Source of the DNA: an uncultured Rhodothermales bacterium
GTDB lineage: Bacteria > Bacteroidota > Rhodothermia > Rhodothermales > VXPQ01
Direction of reading: 5' to 3'
Length of the DNA stretch: 40,000 bases
Assembly: GCA_964591285.1 (NCBI GenBank)
Contig: CAZQAS010000014.1
Span: 1-40,000 of the forward strand
The notes under the pieces were generated by a model. The model saw only the letters and a list, made by a program, of their open reading frames with translations. It made no database searches and had not been told where the DNA came from. Below, piece by piece: positions 26,587-33,911 of this stretch. The position numbers and the translations under genes were made by a program. The stretch's first letter is position 1. Every line of letters starts with the position of its first letter.

Positions 26587-27364
26587 CGGCAGCTCCTCCG
26601 AAAAGTACGGCTTGCACGAGGATGATCGTCGCCCCACTCGGCACATCCAACCAGTACGAGCAGAAAAGGCCGATTACGGCGGTCGCCATACCGGCGATCA
26701 CGGATACGACGGTCATCCGAATGAACGTCGCGCTGACGAGCCGTGCGGCAGCTGCCGGAATGACGAGGAAGGCCGCGACCAGCAGTATCCCGACGACCTT
26801 GACGGCAACGACGACCGTGACCGCGAGAAGCACGGACAGGATCACGTCGTCTCGTTGGAGCTTGATGCCGTCCGCGCGGGCCAGCTCGGGGTCGAAGGTC
26901 GCGTATGCCCACCGATTCCAGAGAGGAAAGAGTACGATCGTCAACGCGGTCACACCGGCGGTGACCCACAGGTCTGCGGACGTCACGGCCAGAATGGATC
27001 CGAAGAGATATGCAAAGGCATCGGCCGAGTACTCCTCACGCAGGGACAGGAAGATGACGCCCAATGCAACGGCAACAGCGAAGACGACGCCGATCGCCGT
27101 ATCGCCCGCGAGGTTGGTGCGCGAACGGATGTAATCGATTCCCAGCGCAACCACGATCGTGAACGGTACGGCAGTCCAGAGCGGCTCGGTCCGCAGCAGG
27201 AGCCCGAGTGCAACCCCGCCGAAGGCAGCGTGGCCCAGGCCCGCTCCTAAGAAGCTGAGCCGGCGCTGCACCACGAATACGCCGAAGTAGCTGGCGAGGA
27301 AACCCACGAGGCAGCCGGCGGTCAGTGCGCGCTGCATGAACGGAGTCTGCAGAAGCTCGATCAT
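26555..27364 (-). CDS. znuB: Metal (Zn-type) ABC transporter permease, ABC-3/ZnuB family
   Basis: 269 aa, polytopic. MIELLQTPFMQRAL start and a Gly/Ala-rich helix pattern typical of ZnuB/MntB-type permeases. ATGA overlap with the upstream ATPase. Confidence 0.9.
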   Translation of the reverse strand: MIELLQTPFMQRALTAGCLVGFLASYFGVFVVQRRLSFLGAGLGHAAFGGVALGLLLRTEPLWTAVPFTIVVALGIDYIRSRTNLAGDTAIGVVFAVAVALGVIFLSLREEYSADAFAYLFGSILAVTSADLWVTAGVTALTIVLFPLWNRWAYATFDPELARADGIKLQRDDVILSVLLAVTVVVAVKVVGILLVAAFLVIPAAAARLVSATFIRMTVVSVIAGMATAVIGLFCSYWLDVPSGATIILVQAVLFGGAAAISRRFDLQA

Positions 27365-28134
27365 CGCGGTGTATCCTCTTCCGTCCCGACCCGAAACATC
27401 GCATGGGCGTGTCCGACGTGGCCGAAGGCCCGGCGCAGATTCTCTTCGCTGAGTACCTCGTGCGACGGCCCAAAGGTGATCTGCCTCCGATTCAGGATGA
27501 GCGCGTGCGAGGCATGGTGATACGCCACATTCCAGTCGTGTGTGACCATAAAGATCGTGGCGTCGTGCGTCGACTGGTACTCTTCTAAAAGCTCATACAG
27601 ATCACCGGCCCCCGCCGCGTCGACGCCCGCCGCGGGCTCGTCAAGCATGACGATCCGCGGCTCACGCACGAGACTTCGAGCCAGGAAAATGCGCTGCAGC
27701 TCCCCTCCGGAGAGTGTGGAGAGCTGGCGATCAGCAAGGTGAGCGGCACCCACACGTTCGAGGGCACTCGTACCGAGGTCCTTCTCTCCGCGCGTGCGAC
27801 GGGCGGGCCAGCGGCCACGCGCTCCGGAAACGACCAGCTCGAGCGCGATGGCCGGAAACCGTCGCTCGAGCGTCTTGACCTGAGGGACGTAGCCGACGAG
27901 GCCGGGTGCCGCCTCTTTCGGCGGACGACCGAAGACGCGTGCACGGCCCGATGCGGCCGGGATGATTCCGAGCAAGACTTTGATTAGAGAGGTCTTGCCC
28001 GACCCGTTCGGGCCGAGAATCGCTACGAATCGGCCTTCCTCGACCCGGAAGCGGATGTCTTTCAGCGCTTCTCGTTGGCCGTATCGCACCGAGAGACCGT
28101 CGACCTCAACGGCAAATTCCTGCTCTGTCGTCAC
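27361..28134 (-). CDS. znuC: Metal (Zn-type) ABC transporter ATP-binding protein
   Basis: 257 aa with a GTG start overlapping the znuA stop (GTGA). Walker A GPNGSGKTS, signature LSGGELQRIFLARSL, and Walker B IVMLDEP. Confidence 0.9.
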   Translation of the reverse strand: MTTEQEFAVEVDGLSVRYGQREALKDIRFRVEEGRFVAILGPNGSGKTSLIKVLLGIIPAASGRARVFGRPPKEAAPGLVGYVPQVKTLERRFPAIALELVVSGARGRWPARRTRGEKDLGTSALERVGAAHLADRQLSTLSGGELQRIFLARSLVREPRIVMLDEPAAGVDAAGAGDLYELLEEYQSTHDATIFMVTHDWNVAYHHASHALILNRRQITFGPSHEVLSEENLRRAFGHVGHAHAMFRVGTEEDTPR

Positions 28135-29000
28135 CGCTTCTGGGAGGCGTTCTGCACGAGGGCATTACGAATTATCGAAGCGTTAAAGTACAGAAGATCA
28201 GCATAGCCGTTGGTGCCTCCTCCGATCGGATCTAGCTCGACGAGCTTGAGATTCGCGGCCTCGGCAATGGCTTCCGCAGCTCGCGAAGGGTGCTGTGGAA
28301 GCGTGAAGATCACCTCGGCAGAGGCCTGATTTGCCAGGTCAATCATCCGCATCATATCGCTCGGCGTCGGCTCGCTTCCGGGTATCTCCTCCACAATTCC
28401 CGCGACGTACAGATCGTATCGGCGGGCGAAGTAATCCAGAAACGGATGCGCCAGCATCACCGGCTTACCCGCAACGCCCGCCATCAGCACGGAGACGGAA
28501 TCGTGCACCGCCGAAAGCTGTTCGGCGAAGGATGCCGCTCCGCGGCGATACTCCGCGCAGCCTGACGCTTCCAGGGCGCACATCGTGTCGGCGAGCGCCG
28601 GCAGGACGCCCCTCACCGTAAGCGGATCCATCCAGAAATGCGGATCGACATGATTGCGGCGATCGAGGTGCAGCATGGAGTCCGGCACGAGTCCCAGCAT
28701 CGCGACTTTGGCCTCCGCATCGAAACCGGCCGCCCATGCATCCAGGTCGTTCGAGCCGAAGAACAGCACCGATGCGCCGGCGGCGAGACGTACGTCGGAT
28801 GGGCGCGGATCGTAGGTATGCGGCGATGCACCCGGACTGAGCAGCACATGAACCTCCGAACCAAGGACGGGCTCGACGATCGCGGCCAACGGCCGGATGG
28901 TCGCTACCGCCTCCGGTCCTTCCTGCGGTTCGCCACTGCATCCTGTAAGGAGACCCACGCACGCCGCAGCCAGAACGACGGAGCGAATCCGAATCGTCAT
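28131..29000 (-). CDS. znuA: Metal ABC transporter substrate-binding lipoprotein, TroA/ZnuA cluster (three-His, Zn-type)
   Basis: The start is taken at ATG 29000 (MTIRIRSVVLAAACVGLLTGC lipobox). Ligand blocks SPHTYDP, DPHFWMDP and LAHPFLDYF. The third ligand is His, as in Zn-specific members, rather than Glu as in Mn-type members. The upstream 105 codons of the track ORF overlap the receptor gene. Confidence 0.85.
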   Translation of the reverse strand: MTIRIRSVVLAAACVGLLTGCSGEPQEGPEAVATIRPLAAIVEPVLGSEVHVLLSPGASPHTYDPRPSDVRLAAGASVLFFGSNDLDAWAAGFDAEAKVAMLGLVPDSMLHLDRRNHVDPHFWMDPLTVRGVLPALADTMCALEASGCAEYRRGAASFAEQLSAVHDSVSVLMAGVAGKPVMLAHPFLDYFARRYDLYVAGIVEEIPGSEPTPSDMMRMIDLANQASAEVIFTLPQHPSRAAEAIAEAANLKLVELDPIGGGTNGYADLLYFNASIIRNALVQNASQKR

Positions 29001-29008
29001 CAAGACGG

Positions 29009-31222
29009 CTAGAAATAAAGTTTGTAGAGGAGCTTGATATTCCGGCCCGGCTCCGGCATTACGGTCTTTACCCGAGAGAGGTGGTCGCGGTACTCCGTAT
29101 CGGTGACGTTTTCGGCAACGAGATCGATCGTGTGCAGCATCGAACCGGCGGTAATATAGTACTGCGCATGTGCGCCGAATACTACGTATCCATTCGTGGA
29201 ATCTTCGAACGGTCCCGTTCGCTCTTGCGACGCCGCCACGCGCGTGGACGCACCTACGGTGAGTCGGCGGAGGGTGTATGCGAGATCGATCTTGCTGCTG
29301 AGCGGCGGCATCCACGGAAGCGCCTCGTCGGTGTCGGTCAGCGTGCCGCGAACATAGCTCGCCGAACCCGTTAATTCGAACCGGCGCCAGATGCGGGTGC
29401 TTACGCTGGCCTCCCAGCCGAGCATCTGCGCAGATGCTCCGGTCTGCTGGTATATTGGAAGCTGTGTCTGCACGTTCGTCTCGCCGGTGTTGCGAGGAAA
29501 GATGTATCCGTCAATGGCGTTGTGGAACAACGCTATCGAGGCCGTCGCGGCGGATCCCTCGAACTTAGCGAACACCTCGCTGCCAAGACCCCCCTCCACG
29601 TCAAGCTCGGGATTCCCAATTTCGAAGGAATACGCGGCAAGATGCGGACCTTCTGAATACAACTCCTCAATGCCCGGCATGCGGATTGAACGCATTACAG
29701 TGAGGCCGAGCGAGAGCCTTTCGAGTGGATGGAGCATACCACGCAGCGAGGCCGAGACCCCGCCAAAATTCCTGCCGCGAGGGGATCCGATCTCTGGTGA
29801 TTCTCCTTCCTCGCGCGGCTGCACCGTGCGGAAGTCATACCGCAACCCCGCCTGTAGCGTGACGGCATCAAAGTGGATGTCCTGAAACCCGAAGCCGGCG
29901 ACCGTCCACTCGGTGGACGCCGGCGTGGAGGAGAACCCCGCGGATGCATAGTCGCGAGCCTCGCTCCAAACGCCCACCGCTCCCTTTCGTAGGTGTCCGT
30001 TCTGATGCGTGTGGAAGAGGGCACGGCCGTGGTAGGAGAGTAGGCCGAACTCGATCCCAAGAACGTCGTCTGCTTCGTACTCCTCGTGGGCGTACCTCGA
30101 AAACGAGGCATCGATTTCCAAACGAGGCATCCATGGAAGTGGATCGAATATCTCCGCGCGGGCCTCCACTCGTCGCCGATCAAGCTCTATGTCTACGCCG
30201 TTCGGATGCGCGCCGACGAAGCCGCCGGGAATCCCATAGCGCGAGGTATAATAGCTCCCGGCCAACCCTGCATGACCCCAGCTACCGATGACGCTCGCAC
30301 CGGCCGAGCCGTTCAAGGTCGTAAGGTCTGTGTTTTCGAGCGGACCAATGGGCGTCGACACGTCGCCGGCCGATCGTAGACTCCCGTCCACACGTGCCGA
30401 AACGGGACCGACCGGAGCCTCCACCCCAAAGCCGCCCGAGAATCCGTCGTTTACCGACTGGGCCTGAAGGCTGGCGCCGACGTGAAGCTCCTTCGAACGA
30501 ACCGACGGAATCATGCCGCGAACGACGTTGATCACACCGCCGAGCGTATTCGAACCATAAACGAGCGCTGCCGGTCCGCGGATGACCTCGATACGCTCAG
30601 ACGTGAGCGGATCGATCACCACGGCGTGATCCGTCGATGTGGCCGAAAGATCGCCCGTCCGCCCTCCATCTTCCAGAACCAGCAGCCTCTCTCCGCCAAG
30701 TCCCCGAAGTACCGGCCTCGCAGGGGCGGGGCCCATCGAGCGCATAGCGATTCCCGGCTCGTCGTCGAGCGTCTCGGCGATCGTCGTACCGAGATTCTGC
30801 CGCAGCCTACGCCCCTCAATTTCCATGGCGGCATCGGCGAACTGTCGGACTTCGTCACGAGCACCCTCCACGACCACCTCGCCCTGCTCGATCGGCGTCA
30901 CCGTCATCCGCAGTGTTATCCTCAGCGTGTCGCGTTCCGGCACCCGAACCGAGCGCGTGAGCGGCTGGTAGCCGATTCGGTAGGCCTTCAGCGTGTACGT
31001 GTCCGCATGCACGAAGAGGATCTCGAATCGGCCGAACTCGTCGGCCGTGGCCGATCTGTTTGCCTCCTCGAGCAGCACCTGGGCGAACCCTACCGGCTCA
31101 CCCGTATCGGCGTCGACGACGCTGCCGACAACTGCACCGGCGCCCTGACCCGACGCGGGCACGACTGCCAGTGATGAAACGAGCGCCAGAGTGGAAATGA
31201 AAGCAACCGCTCGAATCCTCAT
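29009..31222 (-). CDS. TonB-dependent outer-membrane receptor with N-terminal carboxypeptidase-regulatory-like domain
   Basis: 737 aa. Signal peptide, then GSVVDADTGEPVGFAQVLL...YTLKAYRIGYQP (CarbopepD_reg-like). Plug motif IEVIRGPAALVYGSNTLGGVINVV. A beta-barrel ending in ...KLLYKLYF with terminal Phe. Located 8 nt upstream of znuA. Confidence 0.9.
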   Translation of the reverse strand: MRIRAVAFISTLALVSSLAVVPASGQGAGAVVGSVVDADTGEPVGFAQVLLEEANRSATADEFGRFEILFVHADTYTLKAYRIGYQPLTRSVRVPERDTLRITLRMTVTPIEQGEVVVEGARDEVRQFADAAMEIEGRRLRQNLGTTIAETLDDEPGIAMRSMGPAPARPVLRGLGGERLLVLEDGGRTGDLSATSTDHAVVIDPLTSERIEVIRGPAALVYGSNTLGGVINVVRGMIPSVRSKELHVGASLQAQSVNDGFSGGFGVEAPVGPVSARVDGSLRSAGDVSTPIGPLENTDLTTLNGSAGASVIGSWGHAGLAGSYYTSRYGIPGGFVGAHPNGVDIELDRRRVEARAEIFDPLPWMPRLEIDASFSRYAHEEYEADDVLGIEFGLLSYHGRALFHTHQNGHLRKGAVGVWSEARDYASAGFSSTPASTEWTVAGFGFQDIHFDAVTLQAGLRYDFRTVQPREEGESPEIGSPRGRNFGGVSASLRGMLHPLERLSLGLTVMRSIRMPGIEELYSEGPHLAAYSFEIGNPELDVEGGLGSEVFAKFEGSAATASIALFHNAIDGYIFPRNTGETNVQTQLPIYQQTGASAQMLGWEASVSTRIWRRFELTGSASYVRGTLTDTDEALPWMPPLSSKIDLAYTLRRLTVGASTRVAASQERTGPFEDSTNGYVVFGAHAQYYITAGSMLHTIDLVAENVTDTEYRDHLSRVKTVMPEPGRNIKLLYKLYF

Positions 31223-31686
31223 CGGACTACAACCGGCACTTCCCGCGGTGTAAGATCGTGATGCTGCTGCGGCATATGCAGGAGTCCGACCTCAACCACC
31301 GCCGTGTCGGCCCTGGCGCCGCGAAGCGCAAAGCTCCAGTCATCGCGCGAGACAATCTCCACGACGTCCGGATCGGTGCTGGCCACGTCGAGCTCAAAGT
31401 CGTCTTCGAGGTCTTCGTTGTGGATGTGGTCACCATCCTCATCCAGAAACTCGACTGCTACGACGGTCGTATCACCCAGGCTCAGGAAGAGCGTATCGGT
31501 AACCACCACGTCTTCCGAGCGGACGACCTCCGCTCCGTCAACCAGGAGGATAAATCCGTGGGCGTCGGCATGATCTTCGTGATTATCCTCCACGGGATTA
31601 TCACATCCGGCCGTGAAAGCCAGGATTGCCGCGAATAAAATGAAGCGAGCGACCTGCGCGTGCGCACATCCGTTGAATAGATACAT
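31219..31686 (-). CDS. His/Asp/Glu-rich lipoprotein (putative metal-binding partner of the receptor)
   Basis: The start is taken at ATG 31686. Lipobox LAFTAGC followed by DNPVEDNHEDHADAHG, then DEDGDHIHNED and HMPQQHHD. The stop overlaps the receptor ATG (ATGA). Confidence 0.65.
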   Translation of the reverse strand: MYLFNGCAHAQVARFILFAAILAFTAGCDNPVEDNHEDHADAHGFILLVDGAEVVRSEDVVVTDTLFLSLGDTTVVAVEFLDEDGDHIHNEDLEDDFELDVASTDPDVVEIVSRDDWSFALRGARADTAVVEVGLLHMPQQHHDLTPREVPVVVR

Positions 31687-31769
31687 GACGTATTCGGCAT
31701 TGTCTGCTGGTAATGTCTGCGAAGAGGCATCGCCTGGGGCGCACCTCACCCATCCGGAAAAGAGGGGAT

Positions 31770-31789
31770 TCGGCTCGATCAGGAGCCGA
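31770..31789 (-). terminator. Weak hairpin just after the 124-aa gene stop (possible attenuator/terminator)
   Basis: Minus-sense UCGGCUC-CUGAUC-GAGCCGA (7-bp stem) followed by AUCCCCUCUUUUCC. The U-tract is short and interrupted. Confidence 0.3.
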
Positions 31790-32164
31790 TCAGGACATTA
31801 CCGGCGGCGCGCGAATGCGTGAGGTTCCACCGGACCGATCTCTATTGAGATCGCCGTGCGGCCGCAGCACGGAGGCGAAGGCGAGATGATTTGAAGCGGC
31901 TTCGAGAGGCTCGTATGCGGCCAGCATAAGCCGTGCACAGAGATCGCACACCAGCTCGTCGGGAGGCGTCTGCTCCTCCACCAGGAAGTTCGTGCCGTGA
32001 GCAGTCCGCTCGCTCGAACTCGAGAAATGATCCGCAGCCTTGCCATGCCGATGCTCCACGTCGTGGACGTGGACGACGCGGTGTGCCAGTGGTGCAAATA
32101 GCCCCCCAGCGGTGAACACCGCCAGCAGCAGCATGGAGACCGTCTGTTTCCTGCGATGCGTCAT
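31790..32164 (-). CDS. Small membrane-anchored His-rich protein with a CxxC motif
   Basis: 124 aa with an ATG 15 nt after the def stop. TM segment MLLLAVFTAGGLFAPLA, then HRVVHVHDVEHRHGKAADH, and later VCDLCARL. G/C third-position bias is moderate. No family recognised. Confidence 0.5.
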   Translation of the reverse strand: MTHRRKQTVSMLLLAVFTAGGLFAPLAHRVVHVHDVEHRHGKAADHFSSSSERTAHGTNFLVEEQTPPDELVCDLCARLMLAAYEPLEAASNHLAFASVLRPHGDLNRDRSGGTSRIRAPPVMS

Positions 32165-32179
32165 TCCAATCGTTCTATG

Positions 32180-32746
32180 CTATGCGGGAGGATGCAGCGC
32201 GTAATCCGCCTCGACGTCGCCCTTCGTGATGTCCCGAAGCTTTCGCCGCAGAAGCCGACGCCGAAACGGGCTGATGTGATCGATAAAGAGGATGCCATCC
32301 AGGTGATCGCTCTCGTGCTGGATGACCCGCGCGAGGACACTGCCAACCTCCACTTCACGCTCGCTTAAATCTCGATCCAGGTACCGGACGCGGATCCGCT
32401 CCGGACGCACGACATCCTCGCGAATATCGGGAATCGACAAACAGCCCTCCTCGAACTCGCACTCGGCCTCGCTCTCCCACGTGATTTCGGGATTGATGAA
32501 GACCATCGGCTGTTCGGGAAACTCATCCTGGTCGAACTCATCGGATTCCAGCATTGGCGTTACGTCCGCCACGAAGACCCTCTCGCGGCGCCCGACCTGC
32601 GGCGCGGCAAGCCCGACGCCTTCGGCACCGCGCATGGTTTCGATCATATCGTCGATGAGCTCCTGAAGCTCTGGGCTGTCGGCGGTTATGGTTTCCGTCT
32701 CCGTCCGAAGCACCCGATCGCCATATAGCCGAATTGGAAGAATCAT
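32180..32746 (-). CDS. def: Peptide deformylase
   Basis: 188 aa. GVGLAAPQVG, EGCLSIP and HESDHLDG motifs. Confidence 0.95.
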   Translation of the reverse strand: MILPIRLYGDRVLRTETETITADSPELQELIDDMIETMRGAEGVGLAAPQVGRRERVFVADVTPMLESDEFDQDEFPEQPMVFINPEITWESEAECEFEEGCLSIPDIREDVVRPERIRVRYLDRDLSEREVEVGSVLARVIQHESDHLDGILFIDHISPFRRRLLRRKLRDITKGDVEADYALHPPA

Positions 32747-32779
32747 ACCGCTAAAACGAGATTGGTCTCTAAAGGTGCC

Positions 32780-33205
32780 CTATTCTGACGAGACCTCATC
32801 CATATACTCCTGCAAGATGATCGCTGCAGCGGCAGCATCAACTCTTTCGCGCCGCCGCCGGTTCTTGCGTTTTACGCCGGCATCGACGAGCGCCTTTCGG
32901 GCACGCGCGGAAGAATATCGTTCGTCCCAGGTCACCACGGCTACGTGCGGATATCTCTTCTCGATTCGATGAACGAACGGCTGCACGAATCGCGTTGCCG
33001 GGCCCTCACGACCGTTGAGTTCAAGCGGCCATCCTACGACGATCGTTTCGATGCCGGGATCTTCGTAGAGCTCGTCGAGGCGTGTGATGGCCTCATCCTC
33101 CGCGTAGGTGCCCTCGGGCTGTGCAAACAGATGCAGCGGATCAGAAAGTGCGATGCCGACACGCTTCGTGCCGTAGTCAATTCCGATGAGTCTGGGTCGT
33201 GCCAT
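32780..33205 (-). CDS. ruvX: Pre-16S rRNA nuclease / putative Holliday junction resolvase YqgF
   Basis: 141 aa. IGIDYGTKRVGIALSD N-terminus and WDERYSS. Confidence 0.9.
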   Translation of the reverse strand: MARPRLIGIDYGTKRVGIALSDPLHLFAQPEGTYAEDEAITRLDELYEDPGIETIVVGWPLELNGREGPATRFVQPFVHRIEKRYPHVAVVTWDERYSSARARKALVDAGVKRKNRRRRERVDAAAAAIILQEYMDEVSSE

Positions 33206-33220
33206 GCGCCGCCATCCAAC

Positions 33221-33256
33221 AAGAAAAAAGGGGAGCGAGATCGACTCTCGTTCCCC
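33221..33256 (-). terminator. Rho-independent terminator after the HU/IHF-like gene
   Basis: Minus-sense GGGGAACGAGA-GUCGA-UCUCGCUCCCC (10 bp with one mismatch) followed by UUUUUUCUUGUU. It ends about 16 nt before the ruvX ATG. Confidence 0.75.
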
Positions 33257-33286
33257 GATTCGTACCTGTAGAGGCCCGCGCCGGTT

Positions 33287-33682
33287 CTACGACGCCGCCC
33301 CGTTGGATACCCATTCCGGAATCCCGTTGCGGTCGGCACTGCCCTTCGGCACCTTGTAGTCGAGGTCTTGAAGGGGTGTCTGCAGCACCTCTTTCAGGCG
33401 CTTGCTCGGCTTAAAATGTGTCTTCCGGCGACTCGGAATGAAGACCGTCTCGTTCGTTTTGGGATTGCGGGCCTTCGGTTTTGCTCTGGTCTTCTTGACC
33501 TCAAAAACACCGAAATCGCGAAGCTCGATGCGGACCTCCGGGTCGGCCTCTAGCAGCAGGTCTCCGATGGCACCGATGACTGCGCTCACCCAGGGCTCGC
33601 TCTTGTAGATCGGCTCGTCCATCAGATCCGCGACGCGACGTGAAACGTCCTTTTTCGTCAGCGTGATAGGCCGTTCAGGCAT
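33287..33682 (-). CDS. HU/IHF family DNA-binding protein with C-terminal extension
   Basis: 131 aa. ...LRDFGVFEVKKTRAKPKARNPKTNETVFIPSRRKTHFKPSKRLKE is the beta-arm signature of the HU/IHF fold. Confidence 0.85.
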   Translation of the reverse strand: MPERPITLTKKDVSRRVADLMDEPIYKSEPWVSAVIGAIGDLLLEADPEVRIELRDFGVFEVKKTRAKPKARNPKTNETVFIPSRRKTHFKPSKRLKEVLQTPLQDLDYKVPKGSADRNGIPEWVSNGAAS

Positions 33683-33911
33683 AATGATGACTCCAGTGAA
33701 GAAAGCTACCGGCTATGGCGTCTTGCGAGCGGAGAGAGAAAGCGCCGTCTGCGCGGCAGCCCTCGGGGGGATGTACGAGATGCCGATGACCTTTCGGAGC
33801 GGTATCAAGTCGCCTACTCTAACCCAGTAATTTTAACACTTTACCGCAAAACGCCGGTAAGTTTACAAAAAAAGAAAGGCAAAAGACAAACGAGGGCCGA
33901 TTCTGCGCTCC

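Noticed and set aside
29001-29315. N-terminal 105-codon extension of the znuA ORF
   Set aside because: It overlaps the 3' end of the TonB receptor gene in another frame. The internal ATG at 29000 gives a proper lipoprotein signal peptide.
33839-33861. Hairpin TTACCG-caaaacgc-CGGTAA in the AT-rich relA-HU spacer as a relA terminator
   Set aside because: The stem is only 6 bp and no U-tract follows it on either strand. The surrounding A/T-rich patch may hold the HU promoter, but I could not place -35/-10 or -33/-7 elements with acceptable spacing.
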